A DNA stretch of 63,034 bases, counting the filler, from Reticulomyxa filosa (Eukaryota > Protista > Foraminifera), in NCBI GenBank assembly GCA_000512085.1. It is 9 parts of 9 records of this genome, joined end to end, with 100 filler letters (N's around TTAATTAATTAA, not from the genome) between each part and the next. Parts side by side here need not be neighbours in the genome. Positions count along the whole stretch, not along the records: positions 22,761 to 50,292 come from ASPP01013689.1; 8 more parts are not named here. One strand, given 5' to 3'. The notes below the pieces were generated by a model. That model made no database searches. It was given only the letters and a program-made list of their open reading frames with translations, and was not told where the DNA came from. The stretch's first letter is position 1. Each line of letters opens with the position of its first letter. Below, piece after piece: positions 36,046 through 49,872 of the stretch. Both the position numbers and the translations under genes were made by a program.

Positions 36046-38894
36046 TCAATCATAACTCTTTTGCAAGACATGTTCATGTTGCAAGTATTCGGTGTTATGT
36101 ACATTGGATGCACGTTTCTTTGGTCGTTTCATAACCTTGTCCTGGAGAAGAGTAACCATATTCATTATCGGGTTCTCCATCAAAAACCACGCGATAATAC
36201 TAAAGAACATTGCAGTAAGCCAAATTCCTAGCCACAAAAAGGTGGCATCCCATACGGTGTAGCGATAGGATCGCTCCAAGCTTTCAATGTACCAATAATA
36301 AATGAGCAAATGAATTAAATACATGCAATACGTTAATTTTCCTTTTATTTATTTTTTTGGTATTGCATACTCAAAGATACGAGCAGAGACGCAAGAATGA
36401 ATCCTCTCCTTGCACTTGCTAAGAGAGAGAAAAGAGTGTACCTAAAGGTTGGAAAATTTCAGCAGAGAGGAAATATTTGACAACAGATCCACGTGGAGAT
36501 CGAGAAGAAGATGAGTTGGAATGCACGTCGGCAATGGCTGGTTCATATCGCAGAGCAAATGCAAATATGGACAGGCCAATTCCCCAAGCAGGTCTACTCA
36601 AGATTGAGCACGCAATGTTGGAGTTCAAACTCCAGCGATCTTCGGGCGCGTATTGGGTGTCTTGATACGGCCAAAACACAATGGACCCCAGCACAAATGC
36701 AGCCAAGGCTTGCAAGGCATAGTACGTGGTTCTGTGCAAATGAAAGGGTTTGTTTGGTTCACTGTGCCACAGGTGTTTGTGGTTGTCAATGATATCAAAG
36801 ACAAAGTACAATAGCATGCCGGCAAAGTATGGACCCCACCGCGCGTACGGTTTGCTGTATACATCGTTGAAACTGTTACCGTTGTGTTTCACTTCGACGT
36901 TTGGATTTCCCATTACGCCGTAAGGGAATTGATAATACACTTCCAAATAAGTGTTTATTGCTGAATTTGTCATTTTTTAAAAGTATGTATTTTTTTTTTT
37001 TTTAAAAAAAGGGACATTTACAAAAAAAGTTAACGAGTATTCATATACCAATGCAAATGAGAATCAACAAGATGCAAGCAGCCAAGCCCCAACTCTTGCG
37101 ATAGTAATAACAGCAAACCACCAACGGTGCCAGCCAAAACATTTGCCAGTCGCATTGAATGTACCACAGATGTGACATACATATCGTGTGTTCGGTGTCG
37201 TTGCCATTGCTGATCAGGTTTGTATATAAAAAGAACATGTTGGACCAATTCTTGCTGCAATAGCCGTCCCAATAGTTCCTGTCGATCACCATTGGTCCAA
37301 ATGGCAATTGGTCCGATATTTTCCAGTTTATCAATGTCACGTAAATCATCATCTTTTGTGTGATGCATTGCAGCACATTACAAAAGTTGGGAGAAGCACA
37401 AGTCAAACAAGCAAACAAAAAACAAAATAAGCAAACAAAGCTGTATTTCACACACCGGAGCCAATCGCATGTAGCGAAACAAATACGAAAGCGGTATCCA
37501 AATGTGCGCTTTGCGTAGACCCATTTGATTACATAACCTTTGTGTCAAAAAAAACAAAACAACGACTCATTTTATTAAAAATCGAGTTTTTGTTTTTTTT
37601 TTTTTTTGAGAACGTATTTAACAATGTAAAAAAAAAAAAAAACAATGAACTTGAGCAAGCTCATTGCAGCCAAGAGACCCGATAACCAAAAGAATGTGTC
37701 CACGCCATAAAAACCGGCCAATGGAAAAGTGGTGTAAAAGTCATTGATTTGATAATGATAGAACGAGGGCGCGCTGGTGACAAAGGGTGCCAAGCATAAG
37801 AGATTGTCAGTTGGCGCTTCGAGGATGATAAAGTACGCATGTCCCAAGACGACCCAAGTCATGGACCACCATCGTAGTCCATCCAAAAACGCCAAGTCAT
37901 TTTTATCGCGCTTCTTTGTAAAGCTCTTCCATGCGTCTTGCAGACAGAACGTAGATACAACAGACGACCACACTGTCGCTATAGTCGTTGTCGTTGCTTT
38001 TGCTCCTTCACGCTCTTGATCGTCAATAGACATAAGTGGGATATTCGCCAATCGTCCATTCTCGTCCGTGTATCTGTCGACTTGCGACTTGGTGGGTGCA
38101 ACCAATGACCACAATGCCGCCAGGTACTCGACCACACATTGTCGATACATTGTCGTCACCAACACCAGACACGCAAACACCGCAAACAACACGATCACGA
38201 AAATCGCACCGTCATCGAATTTGCGTGGAGGAATACTACAATACACTCCCACATCTGCTGCGGTTCCATACACTGCAGACACAAACTCGTCAAACGATCC
38301 ATAGCAGTACGTACTCGCACGCATTACTTTTTCTGCGTCTTCTCCTTTGCAACTTCCTGGGATGCAACATCCATGTAATGTCAGCACTTGTGTCTTTTTT
38401 TTTTTTTTTTTTCAAACATTTACAAAATTTTTTTTGTTCTTGATTATTGCGCGGTTCTTACTTATACATGTATACGTAACTGTGTTTGCAGCAGTGCTGG
38501 AGTGTAACAATAAGTACCGCCCGCGTACTGACACATGTCATAATTCCCCATCTCATCGTAACCAAACGGACCTGCACTAAACGACAGGTATTCAAAGTAT
38601 TTAAATACTGTCGAGTTCCCTTCCAACAACTCATTTATTAAATAATTCCCAATCCAAAAAATGATTACAATCCTCTAAACACTCCTGGCTCGTTAGATTC
38701 AATCCTTTACATGTGTCCGGTGCTGGTTGACTACTGCTGTCTTGCAGGTTCATCATGGATGTCGCAGTGTACAGCGCTTTTGACTCAATGCCATATCTCG
38801 TCTTCAGTAAGTTGATCACGTTTTGAGGGAGTGGCTCGAAAGCGCTGTATACGACACTGACCAAAAATTGAGTCGTCAGCAACAATCCAATCAT
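36046..38894 (-). CDS. NRF-6/O-acyltransferase-like (acyltransferase-3) membrane protein, multi-exon
   Basis: Signal peptide, GCCIPGSC (NRF domain), FLDGLR..SM.WVVLGH, GVDTFFWLSG, RYMRLAP, CMSHLWYI.CDWQ, YSKPYARWGPY, FQPLGKLTY.MYLIH and ENP. Confidence 0.9.
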
Positions 38895-39616
38895 TATCAA
38901 CACTAATACAGCTTAAAAATAACTAAAAAAACAAAAATTCAGCCAAATTTTTCTGCTCGTTAGTCTATCAAAAAAAGGTCTTTTTTTGGGACGCACGTGT
39001 ACAAGGTGTAGTTCTTTGATTTGGATATGCAAATAAAACACAAAGTTTTCAATGCCAACAACAAATCAGAAGCAAACTGCTCAAAGTGCAAACGTTTGCG
39101 TTTGATCATAAAAATAAACTAACCAAAAAATTTTATTTAAACAATAACTAAAACTGTTTCGCCCTGACATCGGCTGTCGGATCTTTTTTTTTCTTTTTAT
39201 TGATAAAAAAAAGTAATTCTAGAAATAGTGATTTGCTATCGTCATTATAATCTTCTAATAACGTTTAAAATTAGTGGAATATATTGTTTTGTGCGTGAAT
39301 GCAGCCATGATGCTGGAGCTACTTTCAGAAATCCTGAACTCCAATGTTGTTTAATTTCCCACTTTTAGCAAAAAAAATTAAGATTCGCTTTGATGTAACA
39401 AAAAGTTGTACAATTTTTAAATCTTTTTGTGAAATTGCAAAATTTGAAGACACTGGATATTTCAAACACCTCACACTAATGAACATCTTTTGTCAAAAAT
39501 GTAATTCCCGCAAAAATCCAACAACAAAAAAAGACAAGGTCCTATTTCAAGAACTTTGCAATAAATTAAATCAAAGTTGTTGTTTTTTTTTCGTAATAAT
39601 TCGCAACAAAAATAAT

Positions 39617-40426
39617 TTACGACACAATAGTACCAGCAGTGCGCCAATCATATTTCCAGTTTGGTGGCAATTTCCGTCTTCTTTTGTAATATCGAGAAAT
39701 TCTGTGAATTCGCGACTCGATTAAAATCAAACGGTACCTGAAGATGTTAGTTAAAAAAACATTAAACTTTGAGCTTCATTTTTTAAAGTACTGTTTGTTT
39801 CTTTCAAAACTTTGCATTTTTGTCCTTTCGGTTTTGTCTCAAGTGTTTACGGATGCTCATTGCAGTTTTGATCAATGCATACAAGTCCTCAGGAATTTCA
39901 GGAGCCAATCCTATCAAAAGATACGAAAAACAACAAAAAAACCCAGCAATCTATCTTCAGTGCGACAAACCCAATATTCGTTTGCACACCATTTTTTCGA
40001 AGAATGCGCAATATTCTCATTCCCGTGACTTGCGATACTTGTGGAATGGCCTTTTCATCTCGCAAGCGCGTACCAATTTGTGACGGTGTCATGCCCTTCT
40101 TTGAATTGCTGTTTTTACAAAGAATTACATAAAACTTATAAAGCAAAGCAAGCAAACATATATTTAGTAACTTGCAAATGGTTTCAATCAATTCTTGTGG
40201 TGTTTCTTTAATCCAGGATGGGGCCTTTCGTACATAAGGAAGAGACGAACGGGCTCGTCCGTGCCTAGTTATTATTCACGTTATTTTTGTCTCCCGGGTT
40301 TTCGCACATTTTTCCCATAAAAAAGAGCTTAAAACAAGGTTGAGTTTTCACAACGTGAAAGTTTCACTAGTGTTTTGTTACAATATTTTTTTGAACAACA
40401 TACCCAAAAGTGTGCATTCGCACCAT
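39617..40426 (-). CDS. RPS13: 40S ribosomal protein S13 (uS15), five exons
   Basis: MVRMH..., [68 protein letters not shown]....LPPNWKY. Confidence 0.95.
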
Positions 40427-40738
40427 TATCGCTTTGTTCTATTACTTTGAGGTGAAACGATCAGAAATTACCTCAAGATTTTCTGGTGATGAATGAGGTT
40501 TCTACTCAAGTTTTTTTCCTTTGCTAGGTTCCAACTGAGCTAGTTGAAATTTTTTTTTTTTGAAGCTAGTTATGCAAGTTGCTCTGCTGTTAATGCAATC
40601 TTTTGTATACAATTCATCAAATTAACAGAATAAATTGTCAAAAAAGTAACAGACCATAAATTTTTTATGTCTCGCCATTGCAGTTTAAGGAAAATGTTAA
40701 TTTAAAAATTAGTCAAATTCAAATTTTTCTTGAAATAT

Positions 40739-40976
40739 TGTGGGACGTCTGCTTCTAACAGTCCACACTAACTGTAATACGACGATAGATTTGCTACTTA
40801 AAGAAAGTGTAAATTCCATGAAACGAAATCAAATTAAATAAGTAAAACGTAAATTGAGAAGAAATGAAAGGAAAGAGACAAAGGAGAAAGAAGTAAGTTG
40901 TGAAGAAAGTTTAGCCTACTGGGGATTCATCAGTTCCATTTACGTTCGAGTATTTATAGTAGGGACTTGTCCTACA
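40739..40976 (-). mobile_element. 238-bp solo LTR with a 4-bp ATAT target-site duplication
   Basis: Ends are TGTGGGAC...GTCCTACA (TG..CA, 7/8 inverted match), ATAT lies on both flanks (40735-40738, 40977-40980), and there is a TATAAATA box on the minus strand. Confidence 0.7.
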
Positions 40977-41454
40977 ATATGATGATCAAAATGTTGTATA
41001 TACGGAATTGGAAGAAAATAATTTCACGGCTTTTGTAATATGAATCTGAAACACAAAGGAAAAAAAAGTATTTCGAAAGTTATTATTCGCACATAAAAAC
41101 AGACGTCACAAGTTGCAAGCACACATAAACCAAAATGCTGAACACCACAAATCACACACACATTGATTAAAGAAAATATCAATGAAAAAGGAAGAAAAAA
41201 AATTGGAAAAATTCAATATTTGGCTACAATATGATTTACTTCTTCATGAAGCAACAACCCCCACCAACAAAAATCAAAAAATATTTGAACTAAGATAAAC
41301 TGAAAATTATATAAGTACAAAAAAAAAAGCACCTAAGAGCAATGAAATAATGAATAGATGATTGCGTCTTGAACAAAACCTGATCAAAAACACCGTCGTC
41401 TAAGTCAATCACTTCAAAAAAAAACAAACCCCTTTTGTTTTTCAGGATTGCCAT

Positions 41455-43011
41455 TCATCTAATTTTGAAACTATTCGACCATTTGTGATGGCATTATAAA
41501 AACAGACACACGCATAAACGCATTGTACAACAAAATTAAAAAAAGCGAGATAAATACATTAGGAGAAAAAAATAATATATTGAATACCATCCGCATAATT
41601 CAGTCCCGGCCTCGTCGTCAGCAGCTTCTTTGTTAGTGGTTTCTCCACCCAGCAGTGGTTCGTGCAAGTTATTGCTTTCAATTTCAAGTGATTTTCCCTT
41701 TTTTTTTTGTTCCAAAAAATTCAACCAGTTTATTCAAAGAGATATGTACATTGATATTTTTTGTCACATAAAATAAAATGATTACAAAAAGGGATTTCTT
41801 GAATTTTGGTTGTTTTGCTGGTGTCTGCAGTTGCATATCGGGTGTTTTGGATAATTCAATCGGCACGTGTGAGTGTATTTCTCCACCTTCCCCTTCAATT
41901 TGTTTCTCATACTCATGTCGCACATTGTGTTTTTGTTCTCCACCTGTATCATCTAAAAAAAAAGAGGAAAGAAAAAAAAAAAAATGGGGAAAAAAAAAAA
42001 AAAAAGGGGGAAAAAAAGAAATGGCGCAATAGTGCAATTTACATACTATGAATGGAATTTTTCTTTTTCGTCAGTGCCCAGCGGCTGTTGAAACTGAGTG
42101 ACGCGCATCATTTTCTGTTTCAACAAAAGATTGTCTTGCAACAAGGACTGTGTGATTGTGTCTTCCTTTTTCGGCTCGTGGTCGGTCTTCTCTGGCCCTG
42201 GGGCGGGTGTTGCCGTGTCCTTTGGATTGGACGACGCAATTGGCTCAGTTCGAAAATATTCGCTTGGATCAATCACTGCATCATTGTCAGCGTTGATTTT
42301 TTCGTTTCGCAATTTCGATAGCACCGTTTCACTCACACGTGTCTTTCGCTTCTCTTCTTTTGGGTTCTTGTCATCATTGTAAAGGCCGGGGTCCGAATGC
42401 TTCTTTTTTTTGTCATGATGGTGATGATGGTGATGTTTGCCACTATGCTTGCGATGGGATTTGTGATGCACAGAAGATCCAAGCACTTCCTATTCATTAC
42501 CATTACACACATATTCACTTAGATATATTTATTTGCGCATGATATGTGGTATGTACACGTACACTTTTGCTTAACGTGCAACACTCGTCTCAAATGCGAA
42601 TCGCTGTCGTTTTTTATCAAATCGACACAGTTCAGTTTCTTCGTCTTCTCTTTATCGAGACAATCAAATACTTCTTGACATTGTGACGATTTTATCTCTG
42701 GCACCACCTTCTTCATCATCTTCTCGAAATCGGACACATCTATAGTATGCCCATACTTTTTTTTTTTGTAAATATAAACCCACAATATATACGTACGGAT
42801 CGCCTTCTATGTCCCCCTTGTTCCGTTTGTGCGCGTGTTTTTGGAGATTCAGAAATCAGTCAACATAACTTATATTCTTTGCTTGATGTTTCTCCAATTT
42901 TTCAATCTCAGTACGAAGTCCTTCATATATATCCTCAGTTGAAGCGTTTACTCGTGCGTCTGAGAGCATAGTCGGTTTAACCGTTGAAATAAGGTGGAAA
43001 TGTGCCAACAT
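41455..43011 (-). CDS. Multi-exon hypothetical protein with degenerate EF-hand-like motifs and a His/Lys-rich tract
   Basis: TIDVSDFEKMMKK...CQEVFDCLDKEKTKKLNCVDL and HHHHHHDKKKK, with GT-AG introns. Both ends are approximate. Confidence 0.55.
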
Positions 43012-43325
43012 TTCTTTTACTTTTTTTTCTCTGGAAAAGTGGTGCCTGGTCTTGTAACTAGCTAAAGAGCTAGTTTGATTACAAATAAAAAAAGGATATA
43101 TGCAACACTTCAACTGAAAACTTTTTCTACTGCTTTCACAGGTTAGCTTGTCAAGTTGTTATTTGCTAATGAAAACTCGTGAAGACACTAAAAAAATTTT
43201 GTATATTTTGTTTTTGTTGGAAGCTGAATGATCTTAATAGTGTTGTGAGCTAAATCTGAGGTTTTTGTCGTGTTGTTTAAGAAAATCCCCTTCATGCTTA
43301 TGTTTTATTTACTGCCACGATTCAA

Positions 43326-44755
43326 ATGCATCTGATTTCTTCAAATAATTGCGAAACAGACATTTCTGTGTCTGACAAGTTTATTTCAGACTAATATTTG
43401 TGCACCTTCAAGATTAGCTTGGAGCAAGAAACTTTAGGGAGTAAAAAAAATAATTTTGTTTGCATAGAGAAAAGCTACTTCCGTCAAAAATATCAGTTCA
43501 TGGAATAGAACCAGATTTAGAATCGGAAACAATGGGGACGGATACAGAAGACCACGAGCGTGAATGTGGTCGTGAGTGCATTCGAGCAGCAGCACTTCGT
43601 ACAAAATCCTCCAAAAGTTATTTCGTATGGTATTTGATATTGATAATAATGAACGCATTTGTACTAATATGGGAGCTCTTTTGTACCCGATGCTATCAAA
43701 AGCCAGCAATTGCCATCGAAGGCATAATTACATTTCTCTTTGCAAGTGAAGTTGTTATTGAAATTGTATCACAAGAGTTTAAAGTTGCGTAATTGAGCCC
43801 CTTTTATTAAAGTGTGTGTAGTTTTTTTTTGTTTATTTGTTTATATGGCATAATATTCACACATTATACCAACACCTCAAAAATTTTTTTTTTAAAAAAA
43901 TGGGGGGTGAATTTGCCAATAAATCAAAGGTATACTTCAATTATTGGTCCAATCGAATTGACGCATTCGTATGCTTTTTGTGTGTGGTGCTATGGATATT
44001 TTTTGTGAGTGTGGAGAAGCCCGAAGGATATACACATCATTCTGTAGAGTCGTTATTAGACATCGTCATAGTCGGAGCGAGATACAGTATTCAAGCCATT
44101 CGGTTTTGCCGATTTGCTCATCAGTTACTTTTTGTCTGTCTGTTATGTTTGTTTTTCCCTTTAGGCCACGATGCGTGAGGAACAAACGTATGCGTTTTGT
44201 GTTATGCACGTGTGTCCATCTTTTTTTTTTAAATAAACAAATACACGAACTTGCTTTGAAAGAGGACAAAAAAATCGAGAAAATTTGCGGCATGAAAATG
44301 TGGTGTTTGATAAAGCAGCGATACGCTCATTTGTGGAGCAACATAACGATCACTTTGAGAGATTTGTGCTACGAATGCCCAAAAAAACTTCTTTAGATAA
44401 CGATGACCTTGATGACATGGACAATGCAGACCCCGAGTTTGAGTTAGATCGTAACTCGATGAAGACATATTCCAACAGTAAAGCGGGACTAAAACAGATG
44501 GATAGCGAAGTGGAACTGGGTGACTTAAGTGGAAGTGGATTCATGGCCAAAAAGTTTACTAAAGATAGTGTGAGTAGTGAAGAACAACCTAGCGACGTTG
44601 AAAGTGTAGAAAGTAGACAGAACACTCGCGGACTCAAAATTGCCACTAACTCGTTTTTGGGCAATAACACGCCCGTAGCACCAGATGCACATATTCCGGG
44701 TTTGCATGAACAATCAAGTGATGTTTCCTTCACCAATGAGATTTTGGTATTGTAA
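43326..44755 (+). CDS. Stand-alone voltage-sensor-like (S1-S4) membrane protein with an acidic tail
   Basis: S2 EGIITFLFASEV, S2-S3 YFNYWSNRIDAFV and S4-like RYSIQAIRFCRF. No pore helices follow before the stop. Confidence 0.7.
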
Positions 44756-45159
44756 ACAATCGTGCTCACTTTTTATTTGTTTTGAGGTTTCAATATTTTG
44801 AAATTGTTGGCAAAATCATCATAGTTTTAGAGAAATTTTAGACACTTTTTTATCCTTTTACACAAATTTGATGGTAAAATTATTTCTCAGCTTTTTTTTT
44901 GACAACATTACCTTCACTAATTAAGTCCCTCTGGCATGTGTTTGATTTCCGACTTGTAATTGTTTGCAATCATTATCAGTTAATGTAGGTTTTACATTAA
45001 CATTCTGTATGTAATTGATGTACATCACCTGATCTCATATTTATTTAATCCATTTGAAAAAAAGTGAAACCCCACTAAAAATGGGACACAAAACAATGAA
45101 AATTTTTTTGAACAACGTATCATTAAAGCAATATTTTTCAAATCAATGCAACAATTTTG

Positions 45160-47491
45160 TTATAACAAAACTTCCTTAGTCTCTTGACAACTTTCAAAAA
45201 ATGCGTCCTTTTTTCTTTTTCTTCTATGTGCCTTTTTTATATGGTCTAAAACAATAGCTTCCTTATCCGAATTGCCACACATTTTAATCAAATTCCTAAT
45301 ACTTAGACAACGCTCCCAATCAATGCTTTCGCTTTTTGTTTCATAAAAATTGAAGTCATCAGTTTCCAGCCATTCGAAAAAAAAACGATATTCAAAATCT
45401 AACACATCAATTGTCGGAACGATATCAACTATCAATGCAAAACGGTATATGCCACGACTTAATATGGGGACAATACAGTTAGTATAATAACATGACGACA
45501 ATTGCCACCTTGCCAGTGCACGGTCGTTTATGAGTGCATGGTCGCATGTTGTATCTTTGGATAATTTTGAATTAGTATTAAGCTTATTGTAAACTCTTTG
45601 TGTCAGCATGCTTATATTTGTGAAGGGATGATTTATACACACACGACAGCTAGTGTGACAAAGCCATTTCATAGCATCTGAGCAACGCTTCCAACAGGTC
45701 AGATCCCATGTCATAAAGTTAACTGACTCGGCCACATTGGGTCCCTCATTGAACCCACAGTGAAATCCCCCGGGAGGGGTAATCATAATATCTCCAGGTT
45801 CTTGTGCAAAGAAAAAAACATCAATTCCTTCCGACAATAACACGTAAGGATCAAACCAAAAATTCTTATGTTGCACGGGTAAAGAGCAATTTTTTTCAAT
45901 AACCTTACGGTACTGTTTGCGGACAAATCGAAGAAAAGTACTGGTGTCTTCAGGACGAATGCAAAACCAATATTTTTTGCGACCCCACAAAAGATGATTG
46001 ACAGCATAGTAGTTCATATCTTCCCGATGCCAAGGAAAAAAAGTGTTTTGGTTGCCCAAATAAATATACGGGGTGTGAATGCCAGGCATCATTTCGCTTT
46101 CTTTCATATACGAAAAAGGTCCGTGTTTGTTCAAGTCGCTAAGCTTGAAAGGAGATGATTCAGCATACATGCATCCTTCATCCATGATCCCATAATTGAC
46201 ATCGCTCGTTATATTACGCTACAAAGAGAAGAGACGTGCAAAACAATGAAGAAGCACAAAATCAAATCAAATTAAATTAAATTAAATTAAAAAAAGTTTA
46301 AACAAATTTCAAAGGTATGAAAAAAAAAAAAAAAAAAAAAAAACAAACAAATTCGTAACTACACCATGATTTTTTCGGCAAAAATCAATGGAATTAACTC
46401 TGGTTCTATGTTGTCATAAGGCGAGGTCAACAAGTCATTTTTAAACCTGTCAAAAGGCCATAAGTTGGAAACGGAATCTTTTTGATCCGAAGTTTGTTGA
46501 TGCACAACATAAGCAAATCCTCGATACTTTTCCAAATATGCTCGAGGATTCTGCAGTGGCATGCGATCGAGAGGTGGTAATGGCTTCACTTTCACTTGGA
46601 ATGAAATGCACACAATTCACAATTGAAAGCACAAAACAAATCACAGCACAAAGAGACATAAGAGAATGTCTATTCTACTTAAGTCAGCAAAGGATGGCGG
46701 ACGACATAGCATATCTTTAGCTAGCAAATGTTCGAACTGTGGGTCTATTTTCCATCTTTTGGTGGCTGGTTCAATTTTTTCATTAATGTCGTACTTCAAT
46801 TCCATCACCAACAGTCACAAACACAAAAAAAAAAAAAAAGGAGCAAACAAAAATTATTGTACACACGACAAACCATTCCAAAAAAAAAAAAAAAAAAAAC
46901 TGTGCTCAAGTTATTGAACTGTAATGTTACCTTTTGCGGAGATGGACTTGTTTGATTGCAACAAACAGAACTCGGTGTAGTACAAGCACTTTCACAAGGA
47001 ATGTCTTCTCTCTTTCTCTTTGTCTTTTGCTTTTTGGTTTGATCTTTATTGCGTGTCTCAGATACACTTTTGCGCTGTTTGTCATCATCTTTACATCCAC
47101 TTGTTCTTTTCTTTTGTCCTTGATAAATGGGATCCATTACTTCGACTACATATTGCGGATATATTCCCGTCTCATATTCTGTCTTCAATTGTGGGATTCC
47201 ATGCAGATTCCCATTGACTGGAGTTTCGTCAAAGTATCGGGCGTGAAAATTGATCGGAACATCGTTTTGAGTATTGAAGCTAAATATTTGTAACTCCTTA
47301 TTCTTGCCTTCGTTTGTCTGTGCTCTTGGTCGTAAAATCATAAACCCTCCACTTCTCTCTACTTGATCTAGGCTGCTAAACGTAGAGACGAGCGTCAAAA
47401 AGTTATCTGTTTTTAGTCCAAACGGGTGGCCAATGCCAACATCAACGATTGGGACGCTCTTAAATTTTTTTTCTTCTGGCCTGATTGCCAT
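45160..47491 (-). CDS. JmjC histone demethylase, KDM4/KDM5-like
   Basis: PGIHTPYIYLG..NTFFPWHREDMNYYAVNHL.WG..K.W, HK, QEPGD..ITPPGGFHCGFNEGPNVAESVNF with the H-x-E...H Fe ligands intact. The upstream exons are assigned to the same gene by strand and splice signals. Confidence 0.85.
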
Positions 47492-47823
47492 ATTAGAAGC
47501 AGATATTTTATCAGTTAAATTCGAAATTTAAAAGTGAAAAACTCGACCACTTCGGGGTCCCCGACGTCGTTTTCAATTCAAAAAATTTGCAACAAAAAAA
47601 ATCAAGTAACACAAAAGACTTTTTGACATGCTAGATCAATTAAAACACTGTTTCTAAGGCATATGTATTTAGTTTGAGGAGGCGTTTGCTGTTATTGTTG
47701 GATGTAGTGAAAACTAGCCCTTAAAAAACAAAATTTCTTGCGTTTTCAATTATTTAAAAAATAAACAGCAAACAAGACCAATTCACAACCATTTTTACAT
47801 CAAAGTTCAAAAATGTGACTTTT

Positions 47824-48637
47824 TTAACGCATTTCTACTTCTTGGGTTGTGGTGGTTGTCACTTCGGTTCTACCTCCTGTTGTTGATGATGTCTTTGTTG
47901 TGGTTGTAGATGCAGTACTTTGTGTCTGATTTCTTTGCAAAAATGGTGGAGGAACGCCACATTTCACTGTTATTATATGTTCGTTTGTTTTGTAGGAATA
48001 GTCACAACAGAACGCTACGATACATGGCATTGTCAAAAAGATGTTTGATAATAAAAACAAAAAAAAAAGAGAGCAGCAAAGGAGGAGAAAAATGATCATT
48101 GCTTTTTGTCCCCTTTGGATTGACATAAAAAAAAGACTCGATAAGAAAAAACATACCAACGCCGCATTTATCTAAGCACCACAAAATGATATATAGAAAT
48201 GCAATAATCAAGACATACACGCCTACTCCCAATCCTATCGAGGACGAGTTGAGGCATAAAGCTCCCAAGAACAAAAATGTGAGACCTCGTCCTGTTTGAT
48301 TTTTATTTGTTACAAACGATGCAGCCATGTAGGAAGATATAAACACAAAGGGGAAGGCGAGTTAGCGACAGTGAGAGAAACAGAGAAAGAGGAAATCGGT
48401 ATACGTACCAAGCAAGTTAAAATAAAAAGGGACCATGGGGGCCACACGAGGTGGAGCATAAAATGCCAAAAGGCATACCAAACCTCCAAAGAGTATTTTA
48501 TAAATTGGTAGAATTACCCCTTGAAAAGTCCCTGAAAAAGAAAAAATTCCTGCGACAATGACTAAGACGCCTGCGACTAAGTCAAAAACGTTGAAAATCA
48601 TATTGCTCAATATGCCAGCTGCTTGAGTTGTTTTCAT
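47824..48637 (-). CDS. COPI-associated / TVP15-like Golgi membrane protein
   Basis: ILPIYKILFGGLVCL..F...FYFNLLGRGLTFLFLGAL pattern with four TM segments and two introns. Confidence 0.75.
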
Positions 48638-49089
48638 CGTTGTCAACCTTTGTTATCGGAAGGCCTTTGCAAATCAGTAATCTACAACAATACAAAAATT
48701 AAATTTTTTTTTGCAAAAAAAGGGGGGAGGGAACAACGAGTAGCTGTTGTGTTTGGTATTTGTTACGTTGTCTTTGTTTTGTCGTTCGTGACACATTTAA
48801 AAACCTACAGCTTATTGTCAATAAAAGGAAAGAAATATGAAGTAAATGAGGAGGATAAAAAAACCAATTAAAGTAAAATTATTGGTGATTGAATTTTGGG
48901 AGTACAGGATTGACTTGTTGAAATCAATGTAAGTGGTATTATTATATGCTCATTTTGTTTTATCAAGCAGGATCAAACAAAAGAAAAAGTGAACAACGAA
49001 AAAAGGCAAGATATGGAAGTTTTTGAAATATGAACTGGAAATGCAAAAAGAGAAAAAGATAGTGATGGACAGTTGTACTATGGTCAAGT

Positions 49090-49872
49090 TTAATGTACAA
49101 CAGGCAGTACAATCGACTGTTCATTCCATATCAGTTGATAACCAACACTTTTATCATCTTTATTAACAATGTCATGTGTGCGATCAGTTTGAGAAAGTTG
49201 GTGTGAAGTGTTGGCACGAATGACGTCTTGGTGATCCAGTCGTAGCAACAAATCAGAGCCAATAACACCGTACCTTTGCAACGGCGCCATTGGATCATTG
49301 CATTGCACATTATCTGGCACTGGATGGTACACCTTCCAGTTTTTCCCATGGACTCGCAGTGCATAAGGATCAAAAGGGACACGAAGTGAGCCTCCGTATA
49401 TTAGTTCCCACTCTGCACCGCTGTCACTCGAGGCTTCTTTTGCAATTAAATCAAAAAACACTATCGGTGATGTATCGCACTTGATAAAATTCATTTCTTT
49501 CCCACATGGAGATATATATGGATACTCTTCATGAATACTCAACTTGTTGTCTATGAATAATATGTTCATATTCTCTAAATAAAACCAAAATAAAAGGGAG
49601 ATATGAAGTAAAAAAAAAAAAGAAAGAGACTGCCAAAGGCAAAAAATAACCTTGGATATGCTTGAAAAAAAATTTAAAAAGCGAGTGTCTTTGAGACAAG
49701 TTGTAAATATCTTTGGCTTTGTTTCTTCCAGGAACAGTTTGCCGTCCTTATCTATCCAGTAAAAGTACTCTCGAGTATACAACTTATCCTTTATAGAAGT
49801 AGTTGTAAAGGCTCTGTGGTGAAATATATTATGCTTGATACGAATATGATGAACATATCTGTAGGAATACAT
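49090..49872 (-). CDS. UPF0598/C8orf82-like (DUF4505) protein, probably mitochondrial
   Basis: REYFY.ID..G.LFL.ETK....TC.KD..FLNFF, YPYISPCGKEMNFIKC..SPIVF, L.YGGSL.VPFDP and VYHP. Confidence 0.85.
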   Translation of the reverse strand: MYSYRYVHHIRIKHNIFHHRAFTTTSIKDKLYTREYFYWIDKDGKLFLEETKPKIFTTCLKDTRFLNFFSSISKVIFCLWQSLSFFFLLHISLLFWFYLENMNILFIDNKLSIHEEYPYISPCGKEMNFIKCDTSPIVFFDLIAKEASSDSGAEWELIYGGSLRVPFDPYALRVHGKNWKVYHPVPDNVQCNDPMAPLQRYGVIGSDLLLRLDHQDVIRANTSHQLSQTDRTHDIVNKDDKSVGYQLIWNEQSIVLPVVH

